From Mobula hypostoma (Eukaryota), in NCBI RefSeq assembly GCF_963921235.1, contig NC_086108.1, positions 6,634,001 to 6,698,000 on the forward strand: 64,000 nucleotides of DNA. Direction: 5' to 3'. Numbering within the stretch: the stretch's first letter is position 1; each line of letters begins with the position of its first letter. The notes beneath the pieces were generated by a model, which was not told where the DNA came from, did not search any database, and was given only the letters and a program-made list of their open reading frames with translations. A program made the translations under genes and the position numbers. Below, one piece after another: positions 1-15,000 of this stretch.

Positions 1-3000
1 TACGAAACACATCCCCACTCAACATGCAAAAAACATCCCACTCAACAGTCCGAAACACATCCCACTCAACAGTCCGAAACACATCCCACTCAACAGTCCG
101 AAACACATCCCAGTAAACAATTCGAAACACATCCCACTCAATACTTGAAACACACACCACTCAACATTCGGAAACACATCCCACTCAACAGTCAGAAACC
201 TATCCCCACTCAACAGTCCGAAAACATCCCATTCAACAGTCAGAAACACATCCCACTCAACAGTCTAAAACACAGCCCACTCAATAGTCGAAACACACCC
301 CACTGAACAGTCCGAAACACATCCCCACTCAACAGACCGAAGCACATCGCACTCAACAGTCCGAAACACACCCGACTCAGCAGTCCGAAACACATCTCAC
401 TCAACAGTCCAAATCACATCCTACTCAACAGTCCGAAACAAATCCCAAATCAACAGTCCGAAACACATCCGCAGTGAACAGTCCAAAACACATCCAACCC
501 AACAGTCCGAAACACACCCCACTCAGCAGTCCGAAACACAACCCACTCAACAGTCCGAAACACTCCCCCACTCACCAGTCCGAAACACTCCCCCACTCAC
601 CAGTCCGAAACACATCCCACTCAACAGTCCGACACACACCTCGACTCAACTGTCTGAAACACATCCCACTCAACAGTCCGAAACACACCCCACTCAACAG
701 TCCAAAACACATCCAACACAACAGTCCGAAACACAGCCCACTCAACTGTCTGAAAACAGATGCCACTCAACAGTCCGAAACACATCCCACTCAACAGTCC
801 GAAACACACCCCATTCAACATCTGAAAGCAGATCCCACTCAACAGTCCGAAACACATCCCACTCAACAGTCCGAAACACATCCCCACTCAACAGTCCGAA
901 AACACATCCCCACTCAACAGTCCGAAACTCAGCCCACTCAACAGTCCGAAACACATCCCCACTCCACAGTCCGAAAACACATCCCCACTCAACAGTCCGA
1001 AACTCAGCCCACTCAACTGTCTGAAACACATCCCCACTCAACAGTCCAAAACACATCCAACCCAACAGTCCGAAAAACATCCCACTCAACAGTCCGAAAC
1101 ACATCCCACTCAACAGTCCGAAACACTCCTCCACTCAACAGTCCGAAACACAACCCACTCAACTGTCCGAAACACACCCCACTCAACAGTCCGAAATACA
1201 TCCCACTCAACAGTCCGAAAACACATCCCCACTCAACAGTCCGAAACACACCACACTCAACAGTCCGAAACACATCCCAACTCAACACTCCGAAACACTC
1301 CCCAACTCAACAGTCCGAAACACATCCCACTCAACAGTCCGAAACACATACCACTCAACAGTGCAAAACACTCCCCAACTCAACAGTCCGAAACACATCC
1401 CACTCAACAGTCCAAAACACATCCCACTCAACAGTCCGAAACTCAGCCCACTCAACTGTCTGAAACACATCCCCACTCAACAGTCCAAAACACATCCAAC
1501 CCAACAGTCAGAAAAACATCCCACTCAACAGTCCGAAACACATTCCACTCAACAGTCCGAACACTCCTCCACTCAACAGTCCGAAAACACATCCCCACTC
1601 AACAGTCCGAAACACACCACACTCAACAGTCCGAAACACATCCCAACTCAACACTCCGAAACACTCCCCAACTCAACAGTCCGAAACACATCCCACTCAA
1701 CAGTCCGAAACACATACCACTCAACAGTGCAAAACACTCCCCAACTCAACAGTCCGAAACACATCCCACTCAACAGTCCAAAACACATCCCACTCAACAG
1801 TCCGAAACTCAGCCCACTCAACTGTCTGAAACACATCCCCACTCAACAGTCCAAAACACATCCNNNNNNNNNNNNNNNNNNNNNNNNNNNNNNNNNNNNN
1901 NNNNNNNNNNNNNNNNNNNNNNNNNNNNNNNNNNNNNNNNNNNNNNNNNNNNNNNNNNNNNNNNNNNNNNNNNNNNNNNNNNNNNNNNNNNNNNNNNNNN
2001 NNNNNNNNNNNNNNNNNNNNNNNNNNNNNNNNNNNNNNNNNNNNNNNNNNNNNNNNNNNNNNNCCACTCAACAGTCCGAAACACATCCCACTCAACAGTC
2101 CGAAACACATCCCCACTCAACAGTCCGAAACACATCCCACTCAACAGTCCGAAACACATCCCCACTCCTCAGTCCGAAAACACATCCCCACTCAACAGTC
2201 CAAAACACATCCAACCCAACAGTCCGAAAAACATCCCCCACTCAACAGTCCGAAACACATCCCACTCAACAGTCCGAAACACACACTCCCACTCAACAGT
2301 CCGAAAAACATCCCACTCAACAGTCCGAAAACATCCCACTCAACAGTCCGAAACACATCCCCCACTCAACAGTCCGAAACACATCCCCACTCAACAGTCC
2401 GAAACACATCCAACCCAACTCAACAGTCCGAAAAACACTCAACATCGAAACACCCCACTCAACAGTCCACTCAACACACATCCCACTCAACAGTCCGACA
2501 CTTTCCCACTCAACAGTCCGAAACACAACCCACTCACTCAACAGTCCGAAACAATCCCACAACAGTCCAAAACACATCCCACTCAACAGTCCGAAACACA
2601 TCCCACTCAACAGTCCGAAACACATGCCACTCAACAGTCCGAAACACATCCCCACTCAACAGTCCGAAACACATCCAGACACGACAGTCCGAAACACATC
2701 CCCACTCAACAGTCCGAAACACATCCCACTCAACAGTCCGAAACACATCCACACACAACAGTCCAAAACACATCCCCACTCAACAGTCCGAAACACACCC
2801 CACTCAACAGTCCAAAACACATCCCACTCAACAGTCTGAAAACACATCCCACTCAACAGTCCGAAACACATCCCACTCAACAGTCCGAAACACATCCCAC
2901 TCAACAGTCCGAAACACATCCCACTCAACAGTCCGAAACACATCCCCACTCAACAGTCCGAAACACATCCCACTCAACAGTCCGAAACACATCCCACTCA

Positions 3001-6000
3001 ACAGTCCGAAACACATCCCACTCAACAGTCCGAAACACATCCCACTCAACAGTCCAAAACACATCCCACTCAACAGTCCGAAACACAGCCCACTCAACAG
3101 TCCGAAACACACCCCACTCAACAGTCCGAAACACATCCCCACTCAACAGTCCGAAACACATCCCACTCAACAGTCCGAAACACACCCCACTCAACAGTCC
3201 GAAACACATCCCACTCAACAGTCCGAAACACATCCCACTCAACAGTCCGAAACACATCCCACTCAACAGTCCGAAACACATCCCACTCAACAGTCCGAAA
3301 CACATCCTCACTCAACAGTCCGAAACACATGCCAACTCAACAGTCACGAAACACATCCCCAACTCAACAGTCTGAAACACATCCCACTCAACACTCCGAA
3401 ACACATCCCCAACTCAACAGTCTGAAACACATCCCCAACTCAACAGTCCGAAACACATCCCCACTGAACAGTCTGAAAAACATCCTCACTCAACAGTCTG
3501 AAACACACCCTCACTCAACAGTCCGAAACACACCCCACTCAACAGTCTGAAACACATCCCCACTCAACAGTCCAAAACACTCCCCAACTCAACAGTCCGA
3601 AACACATCCCACTCAACAGTCCGAGAACACATCCTCACTCAACAGTCTGAAAAGAGATCCCACTCAACAGTCCGAAATACATCCCACTCAACAGTCTGAA
3701 ACCACATCCCACTCAGCAGTCCGAAACACATCCCACTCAACACAGTAAAACACATCCCCACTCAACAGTCTGAAACATATCCCCACTCAACAGTCCGAAA
3801 ACACATCCCACTCAACAGTCCGAAACACATCCTCACTCAACAGTCCGAAACACATCCCAACTCAACACTCCGAAACACATCCCCAACTCAACAGTCTGAA
3901 ACACATCCCACTCAACACTCCAAAACACATCCCCAACTCAACAGTCTGAAACACATCCCACTCAACAGTCCGAAACACATCCCCACTCAACAGTCCGAAA
4001 CACATCCCACTCAACAGTCCGAAACACATCCCACTCAACAGTCCGAAACACATCCCACTCAACAGTCCGAAACACATCCCCACTCAACAGTCCGAAACAC
4101 ATCCCCACTCAACAGTCCGAAACACATCCCCAACTCAACAGTCCGAAACACACCCCACTCAACAGTCCGAAACACATCCCACTCAACAGTCCGAGACACA
4201 TCCCCACTCAACAGTCCGAAAAACATCCCACTCAACAGTCCGAAACACACCCCACTCAACAGTCGGAAACACAGCCCACTCAACACAGTAAAACACATCC
4301 CCACTCAACAGTCTGAAACACATCCTGCTAAACAGTCTGAAACACACCCCACTCAACAGTCCGAAACACAGCCCACTCTACAGTACGAAACACATCCCCA
4401 CTCAACAGTCCGAAAAACATCCCACTCACCAGTCTGAAACTCATCCCACTGAACAATCCGAAACACATCCCACTCAACAGTCCGAAAAACATCGCACTCA
4501 ACAGTCCAAAACACATCCCCATTCAACAGTCCGAAACACATCCCCACTCAACAGTCCGAAACACACCACACTCAACAGTCCGAAACACATCCCAACTCAA
4601 CACTCCGAAACACTCCCCAGCTCAACAGTCCGAAACACATCCCACTCAACAGTCCGAAACACATACCACTCAACAGTGCAAAACACTCCCCAACTCAACA
4701 GTCCGAAACACATCCCCACTCAACAGTCCGAAAACACATCCCCACTCAACAGTCCGAAACTCAGCCCACTCAACAGTCCGAAACACATCCCCACTCAACA
4801 GTCCAAAACACATCCAACCCAACAGTCCGAAAAACATCCCACTCAACAGTCCGAAACACATCCCACTCAACAGTCCGAACACTCCTCCACTCAACAGTCC
4901 GAAACACATCCCACTCAACAGTCCAAAACACATCCCACTCAACAGTCCGAAACACATCCCACTCAACAGTCCGAAACACATCCCACTCAACAGTCCGAAA
5001 CACTCCCCCACTCAACAGTCCGAAACACATCCCACTCAACAGTCCGAAACACATCCCACTCAACAGTCCGAAACACATCCCCACTCAACAGTCCGAAACA
5101 CATCCCACTCAACAGTCCGAAACACATCCCCACTCAACAGTCCGAAACACACCCCACTCAACAGTCCGAAACACATCCCAACTCAACAGTCCGAAACACT
5201 CCCCAACTCAACAGTCCGAAACACATCCCACTCAACAGTCCGAAACACATCCCCACTCAACAGTCCGAAACTCAGCCCACTCAACAGTGCAAAACACTCC
5301 CCAACTCAACAGTCCGAAACACATCCCACTCAACAGTCCGAAACACATCCCACTCAACAGTCCAAAACACATCCCACTCAACAGTCCGAAACACATCCTC
5401 ACTCAACAGTCCGCAACTCATCCCACTCAACAGTCCGAAACACTCCCCAACTCAACAGTCCGAAACACATCCCACTCAACAGTCCGAAACACATCCCCAC
5501 TCAACAGTCCGAAACACACCCCACTCAACAGTCCGAAACACATCCCAACTCAACACTCCGAAACAGTCCCCAACTCAACAGTCCGAAACACATCCCACTC
5601 AACAGTCCGAAACACATCCCCACTCAACAGTCCGAAACACATCCCACTCAACAGTCCGAAACACATCCCCCTCAACAGTCCGAAACACATCCCACTCAAC
5701 AGTCCGAAACACATCCCACTCAACAGTCCGAAACACATCCCACTCAACAGTCCGAAACACATCCTCACTCAACAGTCCGAAACACAGCCCACTCAACAGT
5801 CCGAAACACATCCCACTGAACAGTCCGAAACACATCCCACTCAACAGTCCGAAAAACATCCCACTCAACAGTCCGAAACACATCCCCACTCAACAGTCCG
5901 AAACACATCCCACTCAACAGTCCAAAACACATCCCACTCAACAGTCCGAAACACACCCGACTCAGCAGTCCGAAACACATCTCACTCAACAGTCCAAATC

Positions 6001-9000
6001 ACATCCTACTCAACAGTCCGAAACACACCTCCACTCAACAGTCCGAAACACATCCCACTCAACAGTCCGAAACACATCCCACTCAACAGTCCGAAACACA
6101 TCCCACTCAACAGTCCGAAACACACCCCACTCAACAGTCCGAAACACATCCCACTCAACAGTCCGAAACACACCCCACTCAACAGTCCAAAACACATCCC
6201 ACTCAACAGTCTAAAACACAGCCCACTCAACAGTCCGAAACACACCCCACTCAACAGTCCGAAACACATCCCCACTCAACAGTCCGAAACACATCCCACT
6301 CAACAGTCCGAAACACATCCCACTCAACAGTCCGAAACACATCCCACTCAACAGTCCGAAACACATCCCCACTCAACAGTCCGAAACACATCCACACACA
6401 ACAGTCCGAAACACATCCTCACTCAACAGTCCGAAACACATCCTCACTCAACAGTCCGAAACACATCCCAAATCAACAGTCCGAAACATATCCCCAACTC
6501 AACAGTCTGAAACACATCCCACTCAACAGTCCGAAACACATCCCCAACTCAACAGTCCGAAACACATCCCCAACTCAACAGTCCGAAACACATCCCCACT
6601 GAACAGTCCGAAAAACATCCTCACTCAACAGTCCGAAACACATCCCACTCAACAGTCCGAAACACATCCCACTCAACAGTCCGAAACACACCCCACTCAA
6701 CAGTCCGAAACACATCCCCACTCAACAGTCCGAAACACATCCCACTCAACAGTCCGAAACACATCCCACTCAACAGTCTCAAAAGAGATCCCACTCAACA
6801 GTCTGAAACACATCCAGCTCAACAGTCTGAAACCACATCCCACTCAGCAGTCCGAAACACATCCCGCTCAACACAGTAAAACACATCCCCACTCAACAGT
6901 CTGAAACATATCCCCACTCAACAGTCCGAAAACACATCCCACTCAACAGTCCGAAACACATCCCACTCAACAGTCCGAAACACAACCCAACTCAACAGTC
7001 CGAAACACATCCCCAACTCAACAGTCTGAAACACATCCCATTCAACACTCCAAAACACATCCCCAACTCAACAGTCTGAAACGCATCCCCAACTCAACAG
7101 TCCGAAACACATCCCCACTGAACAGTCCGAGAAACATCCTCACTCAACAGTCTGAAACACATCTTCACTCAACAGTCCGAAACACATCCCACTCAACAGT
7201 CCGAGACACATCCCCACTCAACAGTCCGAAAAACATCCCACTCAACAGTCCGAAACACACCCCACTCAACAGTCCGAAACACATCCCCACTCAACAGTCC
7301 GAAACACATCCCACTCAACAGTCTGAAAACACATCCCACTCAACAGTCCGAAACACATCCCACTCAACAGTCCGAGACACATCCCCACTCAACAGTCCGA
7401 AAAACATCCCACTCAACAGTCCGAAACACACCCCACTCAACAGTCGGAAACACAGCCCACTCAACACAGTAAAACACATCCCCACTCAACAGTCTGAAAC
7501 ACATCCTGCTAAACAGTCCGAAACACACCCCACTCAACAGTCCGAAACACAGCCCACTCTACAGTACGAAACACATCCCCACTCAACAGTCCGAAAAACA
7601 TCCCACTCACCAGTCTGAAACTCATCCCACTGAACAATCCGAAACACATCCCACTCAACAGTCCGAAAAACATCGCACTCAACAGTCCAAAACACATCCC
7701 CATTCAACAGTCCGAAACACATCCCCACTCAACAGTCCGAAACACACCACACTCAACAGTCCGAAACACATCCCAACTCAACACTCCGAAACACTCCCCA
7801 ACTCAACAGTCCGAAACACATCCCACTCAACAGTCCGAAACACATCCCACTCAACAGTCCAAAACACATCCTCACTCAACAGTCCGAAACACATCCCACT
7901 CAACAGTCCGAAACTCAGCCCACTCAACAGTCCGAAACTCAGCCCACTCAACTGTCTGAAACACATCCCCACTCAACAGTCCAAAACACATCCAACCCAA
8001 CAGTCCGAAAAACATCCCACTCAACAGTCCGAAACACATCCCACTCAACAGTCCGAAACACTCCTCCACTCAACAGTCCGAAACACATCCCACTCAACAG
8101 TCCGAAACACATCCCACTCAACAGTCCGAACACTCCTCCACTCAACAGTCCGAAACACAACCCACTCAACTGTCCGAAACACACCCCACTGAACAGTCCA
8201 AAACACATCCCACTCAACAGTCCGAAACACATCCCACTCAACAGTCCGAAACACATCCCCACTCAACAGTCCGAAACACATCCCACTCAACAGTCCGTAA
8301 ACACATCCCCACTCAACAGTCCGAAACACACCCCACTCAACAGTCCGAAACACATCCCAACTCAACACTCCGAAACACTCCCCAACTCAACAGTCCGAAA
8401 CACATCCCCACTCAACAGTCCGAAACACATCCCACTCAACAGTCTGAAACACATCCCACTCAACAGTGCAAAACACTCCCCAACTCAAGAGTCCGAAACA
8501 CATCCCACTCAACAGTCCAAAACACATCCCACTCAACAGTCCGAAACACATCCTCACTCAACAGTCCGAAACTCAGCCCACTCAACAGTCCGAAACACAC
8601 ACCACTGAACAGTCCGAAACACTCCCCAACTCAACAGTCCGAAACACATCCCCAACTCAACAGTCCAAAACACATCCCCAACTCAACAGTCCGAAACACA
8701 TCCCACTCAACAGTGCGAAACACTCCCCAACTCAACAGTCCGAAAAACATCCCCACTGAACAGTCCGAAACACATCCCCACTCAACAGTCCGAAACACAT
8801 CCCCACTCAACAGTACGAAAAACATCCCACTCAACAGTCCGAAACACATCCCACTCAACAGTCAGAAACACATCCCACTCAACAGTCCGAAACACATCCC
8901 ACTCAACAGTCCGAAACACATCCCGCTCAACACAGTAAAACACATCCCCACTCAACAGTCTGAAACACATCCTACTCAACAGTCCGAAACACACCTCCAC

Positions 9001-12000
9001 TCAACAGTCCGAAACACATCCCACTCAACAGTCCGAAACACATCCCACTCAACAGTCCGAGACACATCCCCACTCAACAGTCCGAAAAACATCCCACTCA
9101 ACAGTCCGAAACACACCTCACTCAACAGTCCGAAACACATCCCAACTCAACACTCCGAAACACATCCCCAACTCAACAGTCTGAAACACATCCCCAACTC
9201 AACAGTCCGAAACACATCCCCACTGAACAGTCCGAAACACACCCCACTCAACAGTCCGAAAAACATCCCACTCAACAGTCCGAAACACACCACACTCAAC
9301 AGTCCGAAACACATCCCCACTCAACAGTCCGAAGCACATCGCACTCAACAGTCCAAAACACATCCCCACTCAACAGTCCGAAACACATCCCCACTCAACA
9401 GTCCGAAACACACCACACTCAACAGTCCGAAACACATCCCAACTCAACACTCCGAAACACTCCCCAACTCAACAGTCCGAAACACATCCCACTCAACAGT
9501 CCGAAACACATCCCACTCAACAGTCCAAAACACATCCCACTCAACAGTCCGAAACACATCCCACTCAACAGTCCGAAACACATCCCACTCAACAGTCCGA
9601 AACTCAGCCCACTCAACTGTCTGAAACACATCCCCACTCAACAGTCCAAAACACATCCAACCCAACAGTCCGAAAAACATCCCACTCAACAGTCCGAAAC
9701 ACATCCCCACTCAACAGTCCGAAACACATTCCCACTCAACAGTCCGAAACACATCCCACTCAACAGTCCGAAACACATCCCACTCAACAGTCCGAAACAC
9801 ATCCCCACTCAACAGTCCGAAACACATCCCACTCAACAGTCCGAAACACACCCCACTCAACAGTCCGAAACACATCCCACTCAACAGTCCGAAACACATC
9901 CCACTCAACAGTCCGAAACACATCCCCACTCAACAGTCCGAAACACATCCCACTCAACAGTCCGAAAACACATCCCCACTCAACAGTCCGAAACACACCC
10001 CACTCAACAGTCCGAAACACATCCCAACTCAACACTCCGAAACACTCCCCAACTCAACAGTCCGAAACACATCCCACTCAACAGTCCGAAACACATCCCA
10101 CTCAACAGTCCGAAACACATCCCACTCAACAGTCCGAAACACTCCCCAACTCAACAGTCCGAAACACATCCCACTCAACAGTCCGAAACACATCCCACTC
10201 AACAGTCCGAAACACATCCTCACTCAACAGTCCGAAACTCAGCCCACTCAACAGTCCGAAACACACACCACTGAACAGTCCGAAACACTCCCCAACTCAA
10301 CAGTCCGAAACACATCCCCAACTCAACAGTCCGAAACACATCCCCAACTCAACAGTCCGAAACACATCCCACTCAACAGTGCGAAACACTCCCCAACTCA
10401 ACAGTCCGAAAAACATCCCCACTCAACAGTCCGAAACACATCCCCACTCAACAGTCCGAAACACATCCCCACTGAACAGTCCGAAAAACATCCCACTCAA
10501 CAGTCCGAAACACATCCCACTGAACAGTCCGAAACACATCCTCACTCAACAGTTTGAAAACACATCCCACTCAGCAGTCCGAAACACATCCCGCTCAACA
10601 CAGTAAAACACATTCCCACTCAACAGTCTGAAACACATCCTGCTCAACAGTCCGAAACACACCCCACTCAACAGTCCGAAACACATCCCACTCAACAGTC
10701 TGAAACACATCCAGCTCAACAGTCCGAAACACATCCCCACTCAACATTCCGAAAAACATCCCACTCAACAGTCCGAAACACATCCTCACTCAACAGTCCG
10801 AAACACATTCCAACTCAACACTCCGAAACACATCCCCAACTCAAGAGTCTGAAACACATCCCCAACTCAACAGTCCGAAACACATCCCCACTGAACAGTC
10901 CGAAACACATCCCCACTCAACAGTCCGAAAAACATCCCACTCAACAGTCCGAAACACATCCCACTCAACAGTCCGAAACACATCCCCACTCAACAGTCCG
11001 AAACACACCCCACTCAACAGTCCGAAACACATCCCACTCAACAGTCCGAAGCACACCCCACTCAACAGTCCGAAACACATCCTCACTCAACAGTCCGAAA
11101 CACATCCTCACTCAACAGTCCGAAAACATATCCCACTGCACAGTCCAAAACACATCCCACTCAACAGTCCGGAAAAAATCCTCACTCAACAGTCCGCAAC
11201 TCAGCCCACTCAACAGTCCGAAACACTCCCCAACTCAACAGTCCGAAACACATCCCACTCAACAGTCCGAAACACATCCCCACTCAACAGTCCGAAACAC
11301 ATCCCACTCAACAGTCCGAAACACATCCCAACTCAACACTCCGAAACAGTCCCCAACTCAACAGTCCGAAACAAATCCCACTCAACAGTCTGAAACACAT
11401 CCCCACTCAACAGTCCAAAACACATCCCACTCAACAGTCCGAAACACATCCCACTCAACAGTCCAAAACACATCCCACTCAACAGTCCGAAACACATCCT
11501 CACTCAACAGTCCGCAACTCAGCCCACTCAACAGTCCGAAACTCATCCCACTGAACAATCCGAAACACATCCCACTCAACAGACCGAAGCACATCGCACT
11601 CAACAGTCCGAAACACATCCCCGCTCAACAGTCCGAAACACATCCCACTGAACTATCCGAAACACATCCCCACTCAACAGTCCGAAACACACCCGACTCA
11701 GCAGTCCGAAACACATCCCACTCAACAGTCCAAATCACATCCCACTCAACAGTCCGAAACACACCCCACTCAACAGTCCAAATCACATCCTACTCAACAG
11801 TCCGAAACACACCTCCACTCAACAGTCCGAAACACATCCCACTCAACAGTCCGAAACACATCCCACTCAACAGTCCGAGACACATCCCCACTCAACAGTC
11901 CGAAACACACCCCACTCAACAGTCGGAAACACAGCCCACTCAACACAGTAAAACACATCCCCACTCAACAGTCTGAAACACATCCCCACTCAACAGTCCG

Positions 12001-15000
12001 AAAAACATCCCACTCAACAGTCCGAAACACATCCCACTCAACAGTCCGAAACACATCCCAACTCAACACTCCGAAACACATCCCCAACTCAACAGTCTGA
12101 AACACATCCCACTCAACACTCCAAAACACATCCCCAACTCAACAGTCCGAAACACATCCCCACTCAACAGTCCGAAACACATCCCCACTCAACAGTCCGA
12201 AACACATCCTCACTCAACAGTCCGAAACACATCCTCACTCAACAGTCCGAAACTCAGCCCACTCAACAGTCCGAAACACATCCCACTCAACAGTCCGAAA
12301 CACACCCCACTCAACAGTCCAAAACACTCCCCAACTCTACAATCCGAAACACACCCCATTCAACAGTCCGAAACACACCCACTCAACAGTCTGAAAAGAG
12401 ATCCCACTCAACAGTCCGAAAAACATCCCACTCAACAGTCCGAAACACACCCCACTCAACAGTCGGAAACACACCCCCACTCAATATTCGAAACACACCC
12501 CACTGAACAGTCCAAAACACATCCCACTCAACAGTCTAAAACACAGCCCACTCAATAGTCGAAACACACCCCACTGAACAGTCCGAAACACATCCCCACT
12601 CAACAGTCCGAAACACACCCCACTCAACAGTCCGAAACACATCCCACTCAACAGTCCGAAACACATCCCACTCAACAGTCCGAAACACATCCCCACTCAA
12701 CAGTCCGAAACACATCCACACTCAACAGTCCGAAACACATCCTCACTCAACAGTCCGAAACACATCCCCACTCAACAGTCCGAAACACATCCCAACTCAA
12801 CAGTCTGAAACACACCCTCACTCAACAGTCCGAAACTCAGCCCACTCAACAGTCCGAAACACACACCACTCAACAGTCCAAAACACTCCCCAACTCAACA
12901 ATCCGAAACACACCCCACTCAACAGTCCGAGAAACATCCTCACTCAACAGTCTGAAAAGAGATCCCACTCAACAGTCCGAAACACATCCCACTCAACAGT
13001 CCGAAACACATCCCACTCAACAGTCCGAAACACATCCCACTCAACACAGTAAAACACATCCCCACTCAACAGTCCGAAACACATCCCCACTCAACAGTCC
13101 GAAACACATCCCACTCAACAGTCCGAAACACATCCCAACTCAACACTCCGAAACACATCCCCAACTGAACAGTCTGAAACACATCCCACTCAACACTCCA
13201 AAACACATCCCCAACTCAACAGTCCGAAACACATCCCCACTCAACAGTCCGAAACACATCCACACACAACAGTCCGAAACACATCCTCACTCAACAGTCC
13301 GAAACACATCCTCACTCAACAGTCCGAAACACAGCCCAACTCAACAGTCCGAAACACATCCCCAACTCAACAGTCCGAAACACACCCCACTCAACAGTCC
13401 AAAACACTCCCCAACTCAACAATCCGAAACACACCCCATTCAACAGTCCGAAACACACCCACTCAACAGTCTGAAAAGAGATCCCACTTAACAGTCCGAA
13501 ATACATCCCACTCAACAGTCTGAAACACATCCCGCTCAACACAGTAAAACACATCCCACTCAACAGTCCGAAACACACCCCACTCAACAGTCGGAAACAC
13601 AGCCCACTCAACACAGTAAAACACATCCCCACTCAACAGTCTGAAACACATCCTGCTAAACAGTCTGAAACACACCCCACTCAACAGTCCGAAACACAGC
13701 CCACTCTACAGTACGAAACACATCCCCACTCAACAGTCCGAAAAACATCCCACTCACCAGTCTGAAACTCATCCCACTGAACAATCCGAAACACATCCCA
13801 CTCAACAGTCCGAAAAACATCGCACTCAACAGTCCAAAACACATCCCCACTCAACAGTCCGAAACACATCCCCACTCAACAGTCCGAAACACACCACACT
13901 CAACAGTCCGAAACACATCCCAACTCAACACTCCGAAACACTCCCCAGCTCAACAGTCCGAAACACATCCCACTCAACAGTCCGAAACACATACCACTCA
14001 ACAGTGCAAAACACTCCCCAACTCAACAGTCCGAAACACATCCCACTCAACAGTCCAAAACACATCCCACTCAACAGTCCGAAACTCAGCCCACTCAACT
14101 GTATGAAACACATCCCCACTCAACAGTCCAAAACACATCCAACCCAACAGTCCGAAAAACATCCCACTCAACAGTCCGAAACACATCCCACTCAACAGTC
14201 CGAACACTCCTCCACTCAACAGTCCAAAACACATCCCACTCAACAGTCCGAAACACATCCCACTCAACAGTCCGAACACTCCTCCACTCAACAGTCCGAA
14301 ACACAACCCACTCAACTGTCCGAAACACACCCCACTGAACAGTCCAAAACACATCCCATTCAACAGTCCAAAACACATCCCACTCAACAGTCCGAAACAC
14401 ATCCCCACTCAACAGTCCGAAACACACCCCACTCAACAGTCCGAAACACATCCCAACTCAACACTCCGAAACACTCCCCAACTCAACAGTCCGAAACACA
14501 TCCCACTCAACAGTCCGAAACACATCCCACTCAACAGTCTGAAACACATCCCACTCAACAGTGCAAAACACTCCCCAACTCAAGAGTCCGAAACACATCC
14601 CACTCAACAGTCCAAAACACATCCCACTCAACAGTCCAAAACACATCCCACTCAACAGTCCGAAACACATCCTCACTCAACAGTCCGAAACTCAGCCCAC
14701 TCAACAGTCCGAAACACACACCACTGAACAGTCCGAAACACTCCCCAACTCAACAGTCCGAAACACATCCCCAACTCAACAGTCCGAAACACATCCCCAA
14801 CTCAACAGTCCGAAACACATCCCACTCAACAGTGCGAAACACTCCCCAACTCAACAGTCCGTAAAACATCCCCACTCAACAGTCCGAAACACATCCCCAC
14901 TCAACAGTCCGAAACACATCCCCACTGAGCAGTCCGAAAAACATCCCACTCAACAGTCCGAAACACATCCCACTGAACAGTCCGAAACACATCCTCACTC

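Noticed and set aside
2064..2600. Unusual truncated monomers just after the gap
   Set aside because: Indel-rich sequence at a contig end, most likely low-coverage consensus error.
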